Assembly (NCBI GenBank): GCA_964016885.1
Contig: OZ024747.1
Span: 39,742,001 to 39,806,000 of the forward strand
Direction of reading: 5' to 3'
Length of the DNA: 64,000 bases
Origin: Eledone cirrhosa
Lineage: Eukaryota
The notes under the pieces were generated by a model, which saw only the letters and a list, made by a program, of their open reading frames with translations, was not told the DNA's origin and made no database searches. Position 1 is the first letter of the stretch. Each line of letters opens with the position of its first letter. Below are positions 35,301 to 47,479 of this stretch, one piece after another. Both the position numbers and the translations under genes were made by a program.

Positions 35301-35817
35301 CCAGAAGTCACTGGCCTGGCAGTGCTACCGAGGGGCTCTACCCGTTCGAGAGAGGCTCTACAGACACGGGCGCCCGGGCAGGGATCCCTCAAAAAAGATT
35401 TGCCCTAGATGCGTGCGTCACGAAGAAACCGTGGCGCACGCATTGGTGCAATGTCCGGGCGTGGCTGATCTGTGGGGCTACGCCGAACAACTGCTGTCGC
35501 GGGTGGCGCCGATTAAATTGACCGCCGAGTCCGTGATGACAATCAAACCGCCTCCCCTCTTCACAAAGGAAGCAAAGGCGGTTTTTCTGTGCGTAATAGC
35601 CATGTTGAAAGAGGTTGTTTGGTGGACACGATTGAAAGGTCTGAGGTCAGGCAACTTCCTCTCTGGCCATAGTCTGGTCTACTTCTTCCGATATCACTTC
35701 GGAAGAAGGATAAGAATGGAGAGAGAGGTGCTTGGCCACAGGCAGTTTTATGAAAGGTGGGTGATAGTGGCGAGAATGGCTCGTGTAAATGGGCCTTCTC
35801 TGTATACCATCCTGTAG
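32380..35817 (+). CDS. Tx1 ORF2p: APE endonuclease, reverse transcriptase and C-terminal zinc finger
   Basis: 1145 aa. APE motifs LNARGL/CETR/AVYSP/GDWN/SYLDRF/TDHK; RT motifs KSPGLDG/FRPITLLN/LDQSKAFDRVDH/RQGCPLS/YADD; CPRCVRHEETVAHALVQC. Confidence 0.97.
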   Translation: MDVLRVGCLNARGLGSTWKQAKLLNDLKSCSINVMVICETRISVMRQLAPTFDDFEVHASLCQPGGGGGVVVLLQKHLGLAVQVVHSDPEGRLLVLDVGSSESAALRLVAVYSPFGAERPDFFQRLETFLGTSRSLLLAGDWNDILDARWDYAGACPNRGGCNSLKGLLDRFNLVDRYRLDFPTVPTWTWRNHSGQSRSYLDRFLVRSKDRDILSCPEMRTVGYTDHKLVTCVVNLEKTHRQGPGYWKLNLSLPAKETYRNRISRLVKERLTGAIVNNRWWASLKREIRTESISYSKMLAANRNRNEKELTGKLEEAIKSEDVARVMASRTALNQFFDAKHEGCVIRSKIRALGNEGAKAVGWARVTEAKSGNRSTIRSLQDEDGRVIREPKQMCEAFQKHFARLFGGGEGPGRGVDFGPYLDGLPRLSNKEAESCEGPISADEIGDALSQCSRRKSPGLDGIPYELYLAMPVFFSELLEAVYCNWQQNGRIPCSVAKGVVTLVRKDENKGDSINNFRPITLLNTELKILAKVLAKRLALVVGGLVGDAQTCAIPSRSIHDNLHLMRYIIERVGNKPGFGGALINLDQSKAFDRVDHGYLDAVLAAAGFGPVFRGWITALHSNHICSRIKVNGYLSKPFEITRSIRQGCPLSSLLYVLTLEPLLRKLELLQGIPLEPGLSKAVSAYADDVTVMVSTDSEIEAIGTLLEEYERLSGAKLNREKSIGLQLGTWRGKPMPPDGVVGHWTEGPVKLLGVWFGPDLQVEKNWNEVTNKVFALTQKWAKCKLSLKGRAEVANIYIASVTYYRLTVVPCPKETLTTMERMLFQFLWKKRPPMVRRSICCQQPSKGGLGMPWLMMRRHALRLRHLQVFLTGQPVWAPFVKRAFPRLVSLTELQSWVKQRSGKLGDWHTECAQALRALWQAGRAIGGESTSSFYRGLVASRGDDTLGESLDMEEDELASLFGRTFGPGPMDNFQKSLAWQCYRGALPVRERLYRHGRPGRDPSKKICPRCVRHEETVAHALVQCPGVADLWGYAEQLLSRVAPIKLTAESVMTIKPPPLFTKEAKAVFLCVIAMLKEVVWWTRLKGLRSGNFLSGHSLVYFFRYHFGRRIRMEREVLGHRQFYERWVIVARMARVNGPSLYTIL

Positions 35818-36117
35818 GTAAAGAAGTAAAGGAGAGGGGAGCACCTTCTCCATGTGCTCCCCGGGCAAAGGATTGCACACTTTTTCGGGGGTGTGTGCAA
35901 CCCCCATCACGTCCCCTCCCTTTTGAGGTTATTTTCGATTATTTTCATGTTACACCCTTTTTACTCGATTATATGTAAACTCCCCCTTTGTATTTGTCCC
36001 TTCTTTTTATGCCTTTATGGTAAATAAAGAAATCTATCTTTCACTCACACGTTCTTACTCTTTCTCTCTCTGCCACTCTCTTTCGATCTGCTTATATCTA
36101 TATAGGGAGAGAGCGAG

Positions 36118-36181
<64 letters not shown>

Positions 36182-36229
36182 AGAATTTATAGCGAAGGCC
36201 TTTTGAAGTTGTGTATAAATTTATCTATT

Positions 36230-36990
36230 TAGCTATTGTGTATATTTCGCTGGGGTTGAGGATTAGCTGGTGTGATTCCCACCCATCTAACGGTCCGAGT
36301 TCCCCAGATAGCAATAAGACATGCAAACAATGAACTTCTAAATGTTCCGATACGAGGGCCTGACATACACCCTATCACCATTAAGCCGGCCTGCCTCCGA
36401 ACTCCAGCCGTTATAAGGGTGGAAATCAAACCGTCTAATCGTCAAACCCAGAGGAATATATATATGTAAAGAAAATAAACCAAATACTCTGATGGCCTGA
36501 TAATCTTTAAGATTTTCCTCGATGAAGCAGGAAAAATGCAGGTTTTCACCTAGTGCGGACCCTAGGGGATCAAGAAAATGAATTTTTTAATGTGCATAAT
36601 ATGCCTTTAAATTTCGGGAAAATCGGCTAGACGTAACGCCTCAAAAAAGCCCTAAAAGGCTGAAAAGATGAAGTTTTTCACCTAATGCGGGCCCTAGGGG
36701 ATCAAAAAGTTGAAACATAAGTCATACACATGTAAAGTTTGAAAAACAGTCAGATAAAATATACCCAATTTTTATTCTCCCTAGTCTGTAGAAATTAACT
36801 AGATAAATAATCATTTAAACGGAGCTAAGTTTAAAATGTAACTTCCAAGAAATAACAGATAAATGACACAGAGGAAAAATTGGGTATATTTTATCTGACT
36901 GTTCTTCAAACTTACAATTTTATATATAGCTCTGATTAATAATTATTTGCTTAATTAATTTTTTCATTGAGCCACACCGTGAAAGGTAGC
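36230..36990. mobile_element. Unclassified repeat-structured element with internal direct and inverted repeats
   Basis: A ~31-bp direct repeat ttttcaccta.tgcgg.ccctaggggatcaa occurs at ~36543 and ~36675, and a 39-bp inverted repeat at 36735-36773/36875-36913. Outer boundaries are uncertain. Confidence 0.4.
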
Positions 36991-37330
36991 CACACTCATA
37001 TATGTATCTATGACTATATCTAAATATATACATATTTATCCCTATATATATATATAGAGAGAGGGGGGGGGGTATGTGTAGCATTTCCTCACACTTTCTC
37101 TTGTATTCCTTTCTTCATAATATTTAAGACAGGAAAAATGACGTCAAAGCAGTAGTTATCGAAAGATATCAGAGGTCCTCTTAGAAAGGTGCTATTGTGT
37201 CCAACTGAGCTGGACATGTCTATTATCTTCTTTTTCTGACCAAGTTTAACAACTCAAACAAATATTCAATTTCTACCTCCGTTTATTTACGGTTACAACA
37301 GTACATAAATATGCAAACAATCGGAAATTA

Positions 37331-37500
37331 TGGATTGGCAGTATCGGTAGAGGGTCGGACGCCATGCTTTGACGCATAGAGTTACATCCCTTGCCATTCT
37401 GAGTTCAAATCCCGCCGAGGTTAACTTTGCCTTTCATCCTTACGGGGGTAGATAAAATAAAGTACCAGTCACGCACTGGGGTTGATTTAATCGACTTTCC
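37331..37500 (+). mobile_element. SINE family A (variant tail)
   Basis: A-box, B-box and core present; tail ctggggttgatttaatcgact. Confidence 0.88.
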
Positions 37501-38435
37501 CGCCATTATTTAACCCCGATTCAACTTTAATCAAGAGATCTTCTGACGTGACTATCACGTCTCTATATTTTGAAATACATCAGCAAACATATATTGTTTT
37601 GTTTAAAGCAATATATGATTTGAGAGAATGTGGCTGTTATTTCTAGCATATTGGTCAGCTACGTAGGGGCTCTCTCGTTGGTGGGTAGATGAAAATAAAG
37701 TTAATATGTGATGGTTGTGGCAGAGGAGGGAGCAATAATGCAAGCTGCTGTGGTGGTGGTGGTAGAAGTAACATGCTGGTAGAAGCTGTGGTGGCAGACG
37801 TAATTGTGGGAGTGATCGACATGTTAATCCTGGTGAAAGGAGTAGGAGTGATATGGTTACAGTAGCAGTAGTAAATAGTTACGGTGGCAGTCGTGGTTGT
37901 ATTAGTAGTGGTGGAAATGTACGTTATTGTGCTATAGTTGCAGTAGGAGCAGTGATATGTAGTGAAGATGTAACATTTGATTGATGTGGTGATGTGTAAG
38001 CACGGGGGGTGAAGTCATTATGGGACTGCTTGTTGAGACTCCTGCACTGTAATGTTATTTGAATTGGAATGGACCTCCATCGTTTTCGATGATGAGTGTC
38101 CCATTTGTTCGGGAAACAGCTTCCACATGAAAATAAGGTGTACATAGCTGAGCATTCCACAGACACGTGTACCCTACCGGGAGTTTCAGCGTAAAACAGG
38201 ATGTGAGATGACTGACCCTTGAATTACAGGTACATTCCACCTACTAGCTTCCAAACAATTTCTCTCCACCCACTTTCACCAACAAGACATGGATGAACCC
38301 GAGGCTATGATAACTGACCCTTTCACAACATTCCATTCAGTGGGATCGAACACTGGAGCTGACGACTAGGAAAAGAACTGAAAGATTCGCCTATGTTTCG
38401 ACCACTAGTTTTATTTGAAGTATAATTGTGATAAT

Positions 38436-38620
38436 TGTTTCTACAATAGGCACAAGGCCAGCAATTATGCCAGTGTATTACTGGTACTTTATTTTATCGA
38501 CCCCCGTTAGGATGAAAGGCAAAGTTAACCTCGACGGGATTTGAACTCAGAATGGCAAGGGCCGTAACTCTATGCGTCAAAGCATGGCGTCCGACCCTCT
38601 AACGATACTGCCGATTCACC
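38436..38620 (-). mobile_element. SINE family A with 13-bp TSD
   Basis: TSD taattgtgataat at 38423-38435 and 38621-38633. Confidence 0.92.
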
Positions 38621-39129
38621 TAATTGTGATAATGATGATTTACCTTCAACGAGGCGTTAATATGTATATGTTTTGATGTTGGTAATTGTTTTATGTTAAT
38701 GGCAGTAGCAGGAGAGTTGCCACCAGTAGTCAAGGTCGGGGTAAGTCCTTTTGAAGCCCCAAGTACTTACAAGAGTATGGTGCTACACACCCCTTAAATA
38801 ATGTTTGTAATTTCTTTAAAATGTAAAATATGTTTAATTTGAATAATAAATTCTCCCTCTTAAGAGTGTGTATATTTTGCATAATTGTTAATCAAGCCCT
38901 GACTGTAGTGTATGGTATCGAATCAGAACCAGAGTAAACTAGTAGCAAGGATAGCATTTGCTACGGGCCACATATTCTCGGAGCTCTTTTTTCATGTAGT
39001 CCTATACTGTCTTTAACCTTCCATGAGCCTCTAAACTTTTCAGCCGACCTTCGTAGTATAGGATACAACCTAATCCGGGACTGTGCTAGTTGTAATGTAA
39101 GGGAAAGCTGCAGTGATTGATGCCTTAAC

Positions 39130-40130
39130 TATTTCTTTCTTTTACATCTTACCGAATGCTCGCTTCATCGAAGCCTTCAGTGAAGACACAGTTGTGAGAA
39201 GTTAAGTTGGATATTGCTTCAACTGCACCCATAGACCAAAACCACATGGATTCAAATCCGGCGAGCTAGAGGGCCAGTTGTATTTAGGGAAAAACATGGG
39301 CAATTCCTTCTTGAAAAATTCTTGCACTCTTTTCGAAGAATGGGTGGGCGCAGAGTCCTGTAAAACATGACTCGACTCGCATCATAATACTTCTTAATCC
39401 AAGGAAACAAAACTTCCTTTAAGATTTTTAGATAATCTGCTGTGTTGATTTTAAGACCCGCTTCAATATAATGAGGAGGCATCAATTTCCCATCACTTGC
39501 AACACCTCCAAAGACCATAATGTCTAGTCGAAGGAACTTGGGAAGGGTGGTACGCCATCACTCGTGAGTTTTGACGGTTTGCAACTTCCTCTACCATGAA
39601 CTTCTTTTCATCCACGAAGGTACAGATGTCTCTGCCACGATGTTTCGGATTTCAAATAAATTTTGGACTTCTTTCAGCTCGAATGGCTTTGGAGCGGGTA
39701 ATTAGGAAGTTACGTTGTCTCATTAGGTACGGTTTCGTGTGAAAGTCTTGTCTCACAGCCATAGAAACGGTCATTTTACTGATCCCTCGATCTCGAGCCA
39801 ACTAAGCCATCGATTTTGATTAAGAAGTGAAGTATGCGTGTTCGGCTACTCCGAGGCCTATGAAGCGTTCTCTGAGTATCCTGACTTTTGCTACAACTCT
39901 AAAAACTCTAGATTTGGCATACTTTGTGGCTCTAACAATGTCCCCAGCAATTTTGCCGGTGAGGAATAATTCGGCAATTACACTTCTACCGCTTAATTCT
40001 TTTAGATTGAAAAAACTATGAATAAGTGATTATTGAAGCTGGTAATATCTAGAATTTAGACTCAAGCAAAATCAATACGATTAGAAATATACCTAAATGA
40101 AAGTTGTCCCAATTTACCTGTTACACCCGA
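39130..40130 (-). mobile_element. Tc1/mariner superfamily DD37D (maT-like) transposon, decayed
   Basis: FVDEKKF, MVFGGVASDG and QDSAPTH...WPSSSPDLNPC(G), with 37 residues between the second D and the mutated third position. A TIR-like end tatcgggtgtaac lies at ~40120-40132; the other end was not found. Confidence 0.85.
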
Positions 40131-40830
40131 TATTTCTTCATTGTATTGTATTGTTTGCTTTTTTGTTTACGTTTATGTTTTGCACACACACGTACACAAA
40201 ACACACACACACATACACACATATATATAGATAATGTTATTACAGTGTATATATATGGGGCGGGGTGTATGAATATACATAAATATATATTTTTGCATAA
40301 TTATTTGTGTATTCGTATGCACATATAAACATACATCAATGAGAGTGTTGCTAAATATACAGTATTCATGAAATGCGTATATATCTGTGGGCTTGTTCGT
40401 GTCTGCATATATGTTGTGCAGCCATCTTGAAGATGACGGTAAGAATTTATCATCAGATAATTTTAGAACTCTTTGATTATTTCAGATGTTGTCTCTCAGT
40501 TCAATATTTATAAAACATTTAGAAAAAATACCTATTTTCCAACTTCAAAGAAACTATGTATCCAAAAGTCCGATGCTAAATTTGGTAGATAAATGTTATA
40601 GATACACAGGAATATATATTACTACGTCTAGATTTTCACTCTCATTTCTTCTACTCGCTCTTTAAAATTATTAATCTCACCTCGTTTATTCTAATTATAA
40701 TTCGTATTACTTATCCGTTACTCATTTTCTTTCCCTCCATATAACTGTTTGATTTTCAGTTTTTAGGTTGTATAACCTTTCCGTTTCTTATTCTTATTTC
40801 TCAATCACCCATACTATCGACAAGATTATG

Positions 40831-40945
<115 letters not shown>

Positions 40946-41111
40946 GTGTGTGTGTATTTATCCCGGGTTCAATCGAGAGTAACCACAGTAAGGTATTCAA
41001 TACATAGCAGAGTATAAATATTTAATATAGAAATGGCTTCTATGGGACTAGAATTGTTCTGTTTTTTTCAGGAGAAATCATCAAGATAGCCGACTGTCAA
41101 TGTAATATGGT

Positions 41112-41161
<50 letters not shown>

Positions 41162-42103
41162 GAGAGGAAAGTAAATTCTACTGATGAATTCGTTCATTCT
41201 AAATCATATGCCACCAGTTCTTTGAGAAAACGTCACCATACTTCGGGACAAGGCATATCAAAGGACCGAAATAACGGGGGTAAACTTTGTTCCATCATTA
41301 TGTATTTTGTGCTTTTTCTCTTCAAGTTCTAGCTGTCTGATGAGGTCATAGCTGTTGAATAATGCACGTGTACACACATGTACATACACGTACACACACA
41401 CACACATACACACCATAGTTCTTGATCTTATATATATATATTTATATATGTCAATCAATTTCTAGTTGATATAAAATGCTCGGATCTATTCATTGGAATC
41501 TTTGAGCATATTCTACAGTGGATATGGCGCATGTCTCTCGGACATGACACCCTTAATTTAATTTTGGATATATATATATTTATTTATTTATTTACAACTT
41601 TAAGAAGAAATGTCAGTTATGCCTGATGGAAATATTATATAGTAAGCTCACCCCACACACTTATTAATGGCAGGGCAGAAACTATTATACACTACCATCA
41701 CAGACTACAGCACTCTTTCTATAACTGGCTATTCGACCCAATGTAACCATCTATCTCAACCTTAGCTTCAACTATACAACCTATACTGGCTTCTAACAGA
41801 TTAGTCAGAATGCCTTAGTTAATGATGCTGATAACCAACAACATAACATGAACCTAGTTACCACCCAATACTTACCACATTAAATCCACTCTGCCAAATC
41901 ATTTCTCTAACTAGTATATACAATCATTTCCTAAAGGTACTTTTCAAATAATTTACTGTGCAGTTACCTCCCTTAGCTATTATGTTCCGTTACAGCCGCC
42001 ATTACAGTTGCCGGAATGCACTACGACATAAATTCACGTCAGTATCAAACTCTGCTATGAATATATTTTCATCCAGTTTGGCTGGTTATACTAACAAATA
42101 CAC

Positions 42104-42158
42104 CTTCTCAGAAGATCCTAGGTCACCCGATGTTGTAGGTGAAACATTATGCAAGAAG
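42104..42158 (+). other. Degenerate hammerhead ribozyme relic
   Basis: CUUCU-CAGAAGA-uCCUA...UAGGu-GAAA-CAUUAUG-CA-AGAAG. Stems I and II pair, but core U4 and U16.1 are mutated. Confidence 0.5.
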
Positions 42159-42225
42159 TATAAAAAATATTTGTTCTAACGACTTGCGACTCCTACATTT
42201 TTCATTTTCATTTTGCTTATATGTG

Positions 42226-42318
<93 letters not shown>

Positions 42319-42472
42319 ATAAAGAACAACGATTAACAAGAATTTTAATTGAAGCATTTAACCGAATTAAGAACGTTTCGTGAGACTAAAAAGAATATAC
42401 CATTTCTGTTAGATTCAACTCCTCGGAATCGAGTAAATACAAACAATATATTCCATACAAGATCAAGAACTC

Positions 42473-42474
<2 letters not shown>

Positions 42475-42561
<87 letters not shown>

Positions 42562-42562
42562 T

Positions 42563-42600
<38 letters not shown>

Positions 42601-42640
42601 CTGAAAAATGTGTGTGTGTGCGTCTGTGTGCGTGTGTGTA
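42475..42640. repeat. (GT)n microsatellite
   Basis: Seen directly. Confidence 0.97.
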
Positions 42641-43999
42641 CACCTGCATTTATTTATGATTACACCAAACACCAGAACGTTTGCGAGTGAGTCTGAAAAA
42701 AAACACAATTAGCCATCAAACATCTTATAGGCTCATCCGTCTCCCTAAATGTATCTGATCTTTCCACTCATCAACTAAGTGAAAATATTTCTACCAAGAT
42801 AGCACTTTAAATATCACTTCTACCTAGGAGGTCCCAGAAAATTTCTAACTGTTTTTCTTTCAGGACCGCATTCTACACATAACAAAGCCATACAAAATTA
42901 ACCTACTATACAACATACGTTTCACCAAACTTTACACACATTCATCAAGCGCAAACATTTGGTTATACCATTTAATTAGACGACTTTGATTGAACGCTTA
43001 TAATATGCAAATTAGTAAGTCCATTTCAGAAGAATACTAAGAGCGAATGGGTATATATCAAATACGTTTCCTTGCGGTTGATTGGGTGGTATACACGTCT
43101 TCTGCTGAGAGTCTAATAAGATACGAACGTCGATTAAAGATGTTTCTCATATTTTTAATTTACAGGGAAATTCGTAATATGTGGCATGTTTACATGCCTC
43201 AAAATTAGATTTGTGTATGTGTTTACACACGTTGGTGCAGTCTCGGTTACACAATCTGTATTTATACAGATATAACTTTATATATATATATACATACAAA
43301 TACAGGTTGGACCTCCTACACCCGGTTGGCTTAGGCCGATGTCACCAGGAAAGATATATTTTGCGATTCTCAAATGGTTTTATTTTAAAATACCATCTCA
43401 CGTCTTAATCAAATAAAAATATTATTCATGTTAAGAACTTCTGCATGGGAATTGAAACATTTGCAATGACTAAATAAAAACAAATGTAATCACTAAATAA
43501 AAACATTAAATTTGCAGGAATGGACTGATGATTTTCTGAGACAATGGAACACTGGAATTAGTGTAGCAATATAATGTATAAAATTCAAGAATAATAAGAA
43601 ACTATATAATAAAACAAAAGAGTTGAAATACTTATAAAAACAATCACATCGTATAACATTAGCAATATCCACGCAAACGAAAGAAATAATTATAAGAACA
43701 GCAGCAAAAACCGTTGGAAAATATCTGCGTACACTTTACAGATAATACACGTTTCAAACTTGACTAAACGTAGATGCACACACAGATACACACACACACA
43801 TATATGAATACTTATGCACACATTTATATATATAAATTTCTTGTAAGCAAGAACATGTGCAGAGCCGCATACACAATGACTCCATAATAAAACACTTTGT
43901 TATTTATTAACAACTCAAAAGATTACATAGCTTTATTAATCGTTATATGAGAAATTCTAGCAGCAAAAGGAAGAGGAAATTAAGGTTTCCATTTACAGA

Positions 44000-44620
44000 A
44001 CTAGAATTGTTAGGCTTTGGCGCCAATACCTCGAGCCAATCTAAGAAATACTGCTATGAACCGTTTAATTGAACATCGATATGGTTCTCGGAAGGAAATG
44101 GCAAATGATAGACTTGGCATAATTGTCTCGTGGCTACACATAGTAAAATACACTTTTAACACGCTATCGATCAGTGAGAAAAGACTTTGGAAGACCATCA
44201 TGAACTTGTTTAACTACAATCACATAAGTAAGTATGTTACCTAAAGTAAAATATAAATGGCAAAAATTCAATGGCAATATCACCGACGCCATGGATAAAT
44301 AGCTTCACAAGAGACATATCCCCAGTGACCACCGCTAACAGCAATGGCCCGAATGAGGAGTCAGAACCAAAGAGGAATAGTTTACAGATATCTGTAAAAA
44401 GGATCCTTAAACATAGGCAAGACTCTTTTGATAAAGGAGTCTTAGATATATCATTGATAAATATCAAATATAAAAAGCTGCTGATCACAGATCAACTCGA
44501 GACCGATCTGGAATTACACAACAACAACACATGGCATATTAATGTGAATTAAATAACCTTTTCAAATAGAGATCGAAAACGTTTTTGCTTAGGTTCTACC
44601 AGAGAGCGCATATAGAAATA
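44000..44620 (+). pseudogene. Highly degraded CR1/L2-type RT fragment
   Basis: WINSFTRD..VTTAN..PNEES and DQLETDLE..NN resemble decayed CR1-type RT segments; catalytic motifs are no longer readable. Confidence 0.35.
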
Positions 44621-44667
44621 TACTGAATCCAATTATTATTACTGTGGCACCTATTTGTAGATCAATA

Positions 44668-45033
44668 TATCGGTAGAGGGTCGGACGCCATGCTTTGGTG
44701 TATAGAGCCCTTGCCATTCTGAGTTCAAATCCTGCCGAGAATTACTTTGCCTTTCATCCTTACGGGGTCGATAAAATAAAGTACCAGTAATGCACTGGGT
44801 AATTGCTGGCCTTGTGCCAAACGTAGAAACAACATTTACATATAGGGCGGTGGATTGGCAGTATCTGTAGAGAGTCGGACGCCATGCTTTGTAGCAAAGA
44901 GTTACGGCCCTTTATGGTCTGTGTTCAAATCCCACCGAGGTTAACTTTGCCTTTCATCCTTAAAGGGTCGATAAAATAAAGTACCAGTAATGTACTGGGT
45001 AATTGCTGGACTTGTGCCAAACGTAGAAACAAT
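44668..45033 (+). mobile_element. Two tandem SINE family A copies
   Basis: The second copy is flanked by the direct repeat atttacatata (44834-44844 and 45034-45044). Confidence 0.9.
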
Positions 45034-45849
45034 ATTTACATATAAGTCTGTTATTTGGTGAAGTGGTAAAAGAAACATCTTTATCAGTATCATCACTAAC
45101 AATAGATGACAACAGTTGCTGCAAAAACAACAAAATCAGCAATAAACCAGCGAAGGAACGTCTATGTAGTCAGTGGATTTATTAAAAATAGAAACTAAAT
45201 CTATTTCAAATTAGATATTATGTTCTGAAGAAAATGAGGAACCATCTTCTAGATGTTAAACCGGATGCAATATGCCAGAAAGAAATCACGCTTATTGGCA
45301 ATTTTTTTTCGTTTTCGTTTGTCTTTTGTGTGTGTAATAATATATTTGCAAATATGTAATAAAATGTATACACGATCTAAATAAAAGAAGTACTTCCTTG
45401 TTAAGGATGCATTTTATCAAGGTTAGAAGGGGCATTTAATTGCATAATCGTTATAATCTGAAAGAGTGAGACACGAAGCATTGGATTCTCACATTTCTCC
45501 AATTAACACAAACTAGGGCGAACGTAGATAGGAAGAGGTAAGGGTAAATATTCTTTACGTTGTTTGAAAAACTAAGAAATAGTTGGGGGGTCGGATTTAA
45601 TGTACGGTTTAACATATGTAAATATGTTCTTAATGTTCTGATTGAACAAAAATATAAATAGGTTAAAACAAAACATGTAATTAATGAGATTAGAAATATT
45701 TTCTATATTCTATTTTGGTAGAGAAATGATAATTGAAGGAGGAAGTAGAAAAGAATTGTTAATTTAATAAACGGTAACTAATGAAACGATTCTTAATTAA
45801 GTGTTTTCTTTCTTTTCTTTGCCATGTCAATATTCCTTTGTTTTGACCA

Positions 45850-45901
<52 letters not shown>

Positions 45902-46931
45902 TCTCTCTTTCTCTCTGTCTGTCTGTCTGTCTCTCTCTATCTCTCTCTCTCTTTCTCTCTCTCATACATTATGTATCTCTCTCATTCTCTTCTCGTTCTC
46001 ATTATCTTCCAATATATAATTACAAGGATTGGTATGTCTGGACACGAGCAAACGTTTGGTAATAATTCTGCCTGAAGCGGTTTTTATTTGATCATTGTAT
46101 GTATTGTCACGGGCAGGAAGAAGGTTAGATGACAATACTACTCATGCTAACTTCAAGGCGCTCGAAGAAAATGAGGAAGCCTAGAGAACGACGTCAGTAA
46201 AATGGGGGAGGGAATTAATCATGATATGCTTTCAAAATGGCGATGAGCATTGTACATTTTGTAGACATTGAATCAGAATTCAGAACAATTGCGGCTTTCT
46301 TCTAGTTAACAGTATATCTTGTCTGCATCTAGTGGTTAACTTTTATAATAGCAGTCATTTGATGATGAACATACAAACGATATCATTCGAAATCTATCTT
46401 TTAAACGGATTGGCATTCAAAAGATGTTATATTTAATTTTTTATACTCACACACGTACACAGACACAGACACACACAGACACGCACGCACACACACACAG
46501 ACGCACACACACATACACAGACACCCATATGTATATATATATATATATATATGACAACGTATGTACACAAGAGCGTGTGCTTCTTAAAACATACCACTGA
46601 AACATTTTAGCTCAACCACATTGTTTTTTATTTCAATTCTTAAAATGTTGCTCTTTACATGTCAACTGACCGATATACATGCAGATATTCGTATTGTATC
46701 ATGTGAAACTTACTTTCGAAACAATATTACTTTCGTCTCTTCATTGATTGCTGCTTTTAATAGTTTGTCGCAACCATCTTCAATGAATCCACTCATATAT
46801 GTGCTTTGCATAATGCTTTATACTGTATATGCTTTTATGTTTTATAGCAAATATGATTTATATTATTATATATTTTTGTATTTGTAATTGTTATGTCTCA
46901 AGCATTCGCTGCTATGTATATTCCTCATAGT

Positions 46932-47147
46932 CAGGGGCGTTGGGAGAGTTTCTGAATTGGGTGGGGGTTTGCGGCGAATTTGGACAATTTTGTTCTAAAA
47001 TGGGCAGAAAACTTCGATATGTGATAAACATAACATGTACATAAATTGTAGCGCATATCCAAATAGATGCGTCTTTTAGTAGTTTGGTGAGAAAATATAA
47101 TTACTGGAGGGGAGGCATGCCCCCCCCCCCCCAGTTCCCCGCCACAG
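46932..47147. mobile_element. Short MITE-like element (same family as 1030-1559)
   Basis: Ends caggggcg...cgccacag form an imperfect TIR; the right half matches 1430-1559. Confidence 0.55.
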
Positions 47148-47479
47148 TATATATATAATTTAAAAATATATGCTCTGTGTCCTTTCCTAAGGGGATACTA
47201 TATCGAGCTTCTTAGAATTTTGTAAGAAACTGGTATTATACCCAATTTATTCATCTCCATAACAACCCCACAACATCAACACTACATCCCCGAAAAAACC
47301 CACTACATGAACCCACAACAGAACTCTTACACAATAACAACTACAACAGATACCACCCCCATCACCACATTAACTCTCATGTAACCACAAATTACAGACC
47401 CATACAAAACAGACAAGCAGACTACAATTACAACCAAAACAACATTCCTTTTTTAGGAACAAGACTGAAATACAAGGAC

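Larger units (their letters stand above)
30237..36031 (+). mobile_element. Intact full-length Tx1/L1-clade non-LTR retrotransposon (family B)
   Basis: Two uninterrupted ORFs. A perfect 20-bp direct repeat atctatctttcactcacacg flanks it at 30217-30236 and 36032-36051. The 3' end is AATAAAGAAA with no poly(A). Confidence 0.96.

Noticed and set aside
43095-43135. Hammerhead-like ctgagagtctaataagatacgaacgtc, and CTGATGA/CTGACGA hits near 20567, 41181 and 63961
   Set aside because: The core is incomplete or lacks a correctly placed GAAA and closing stems.
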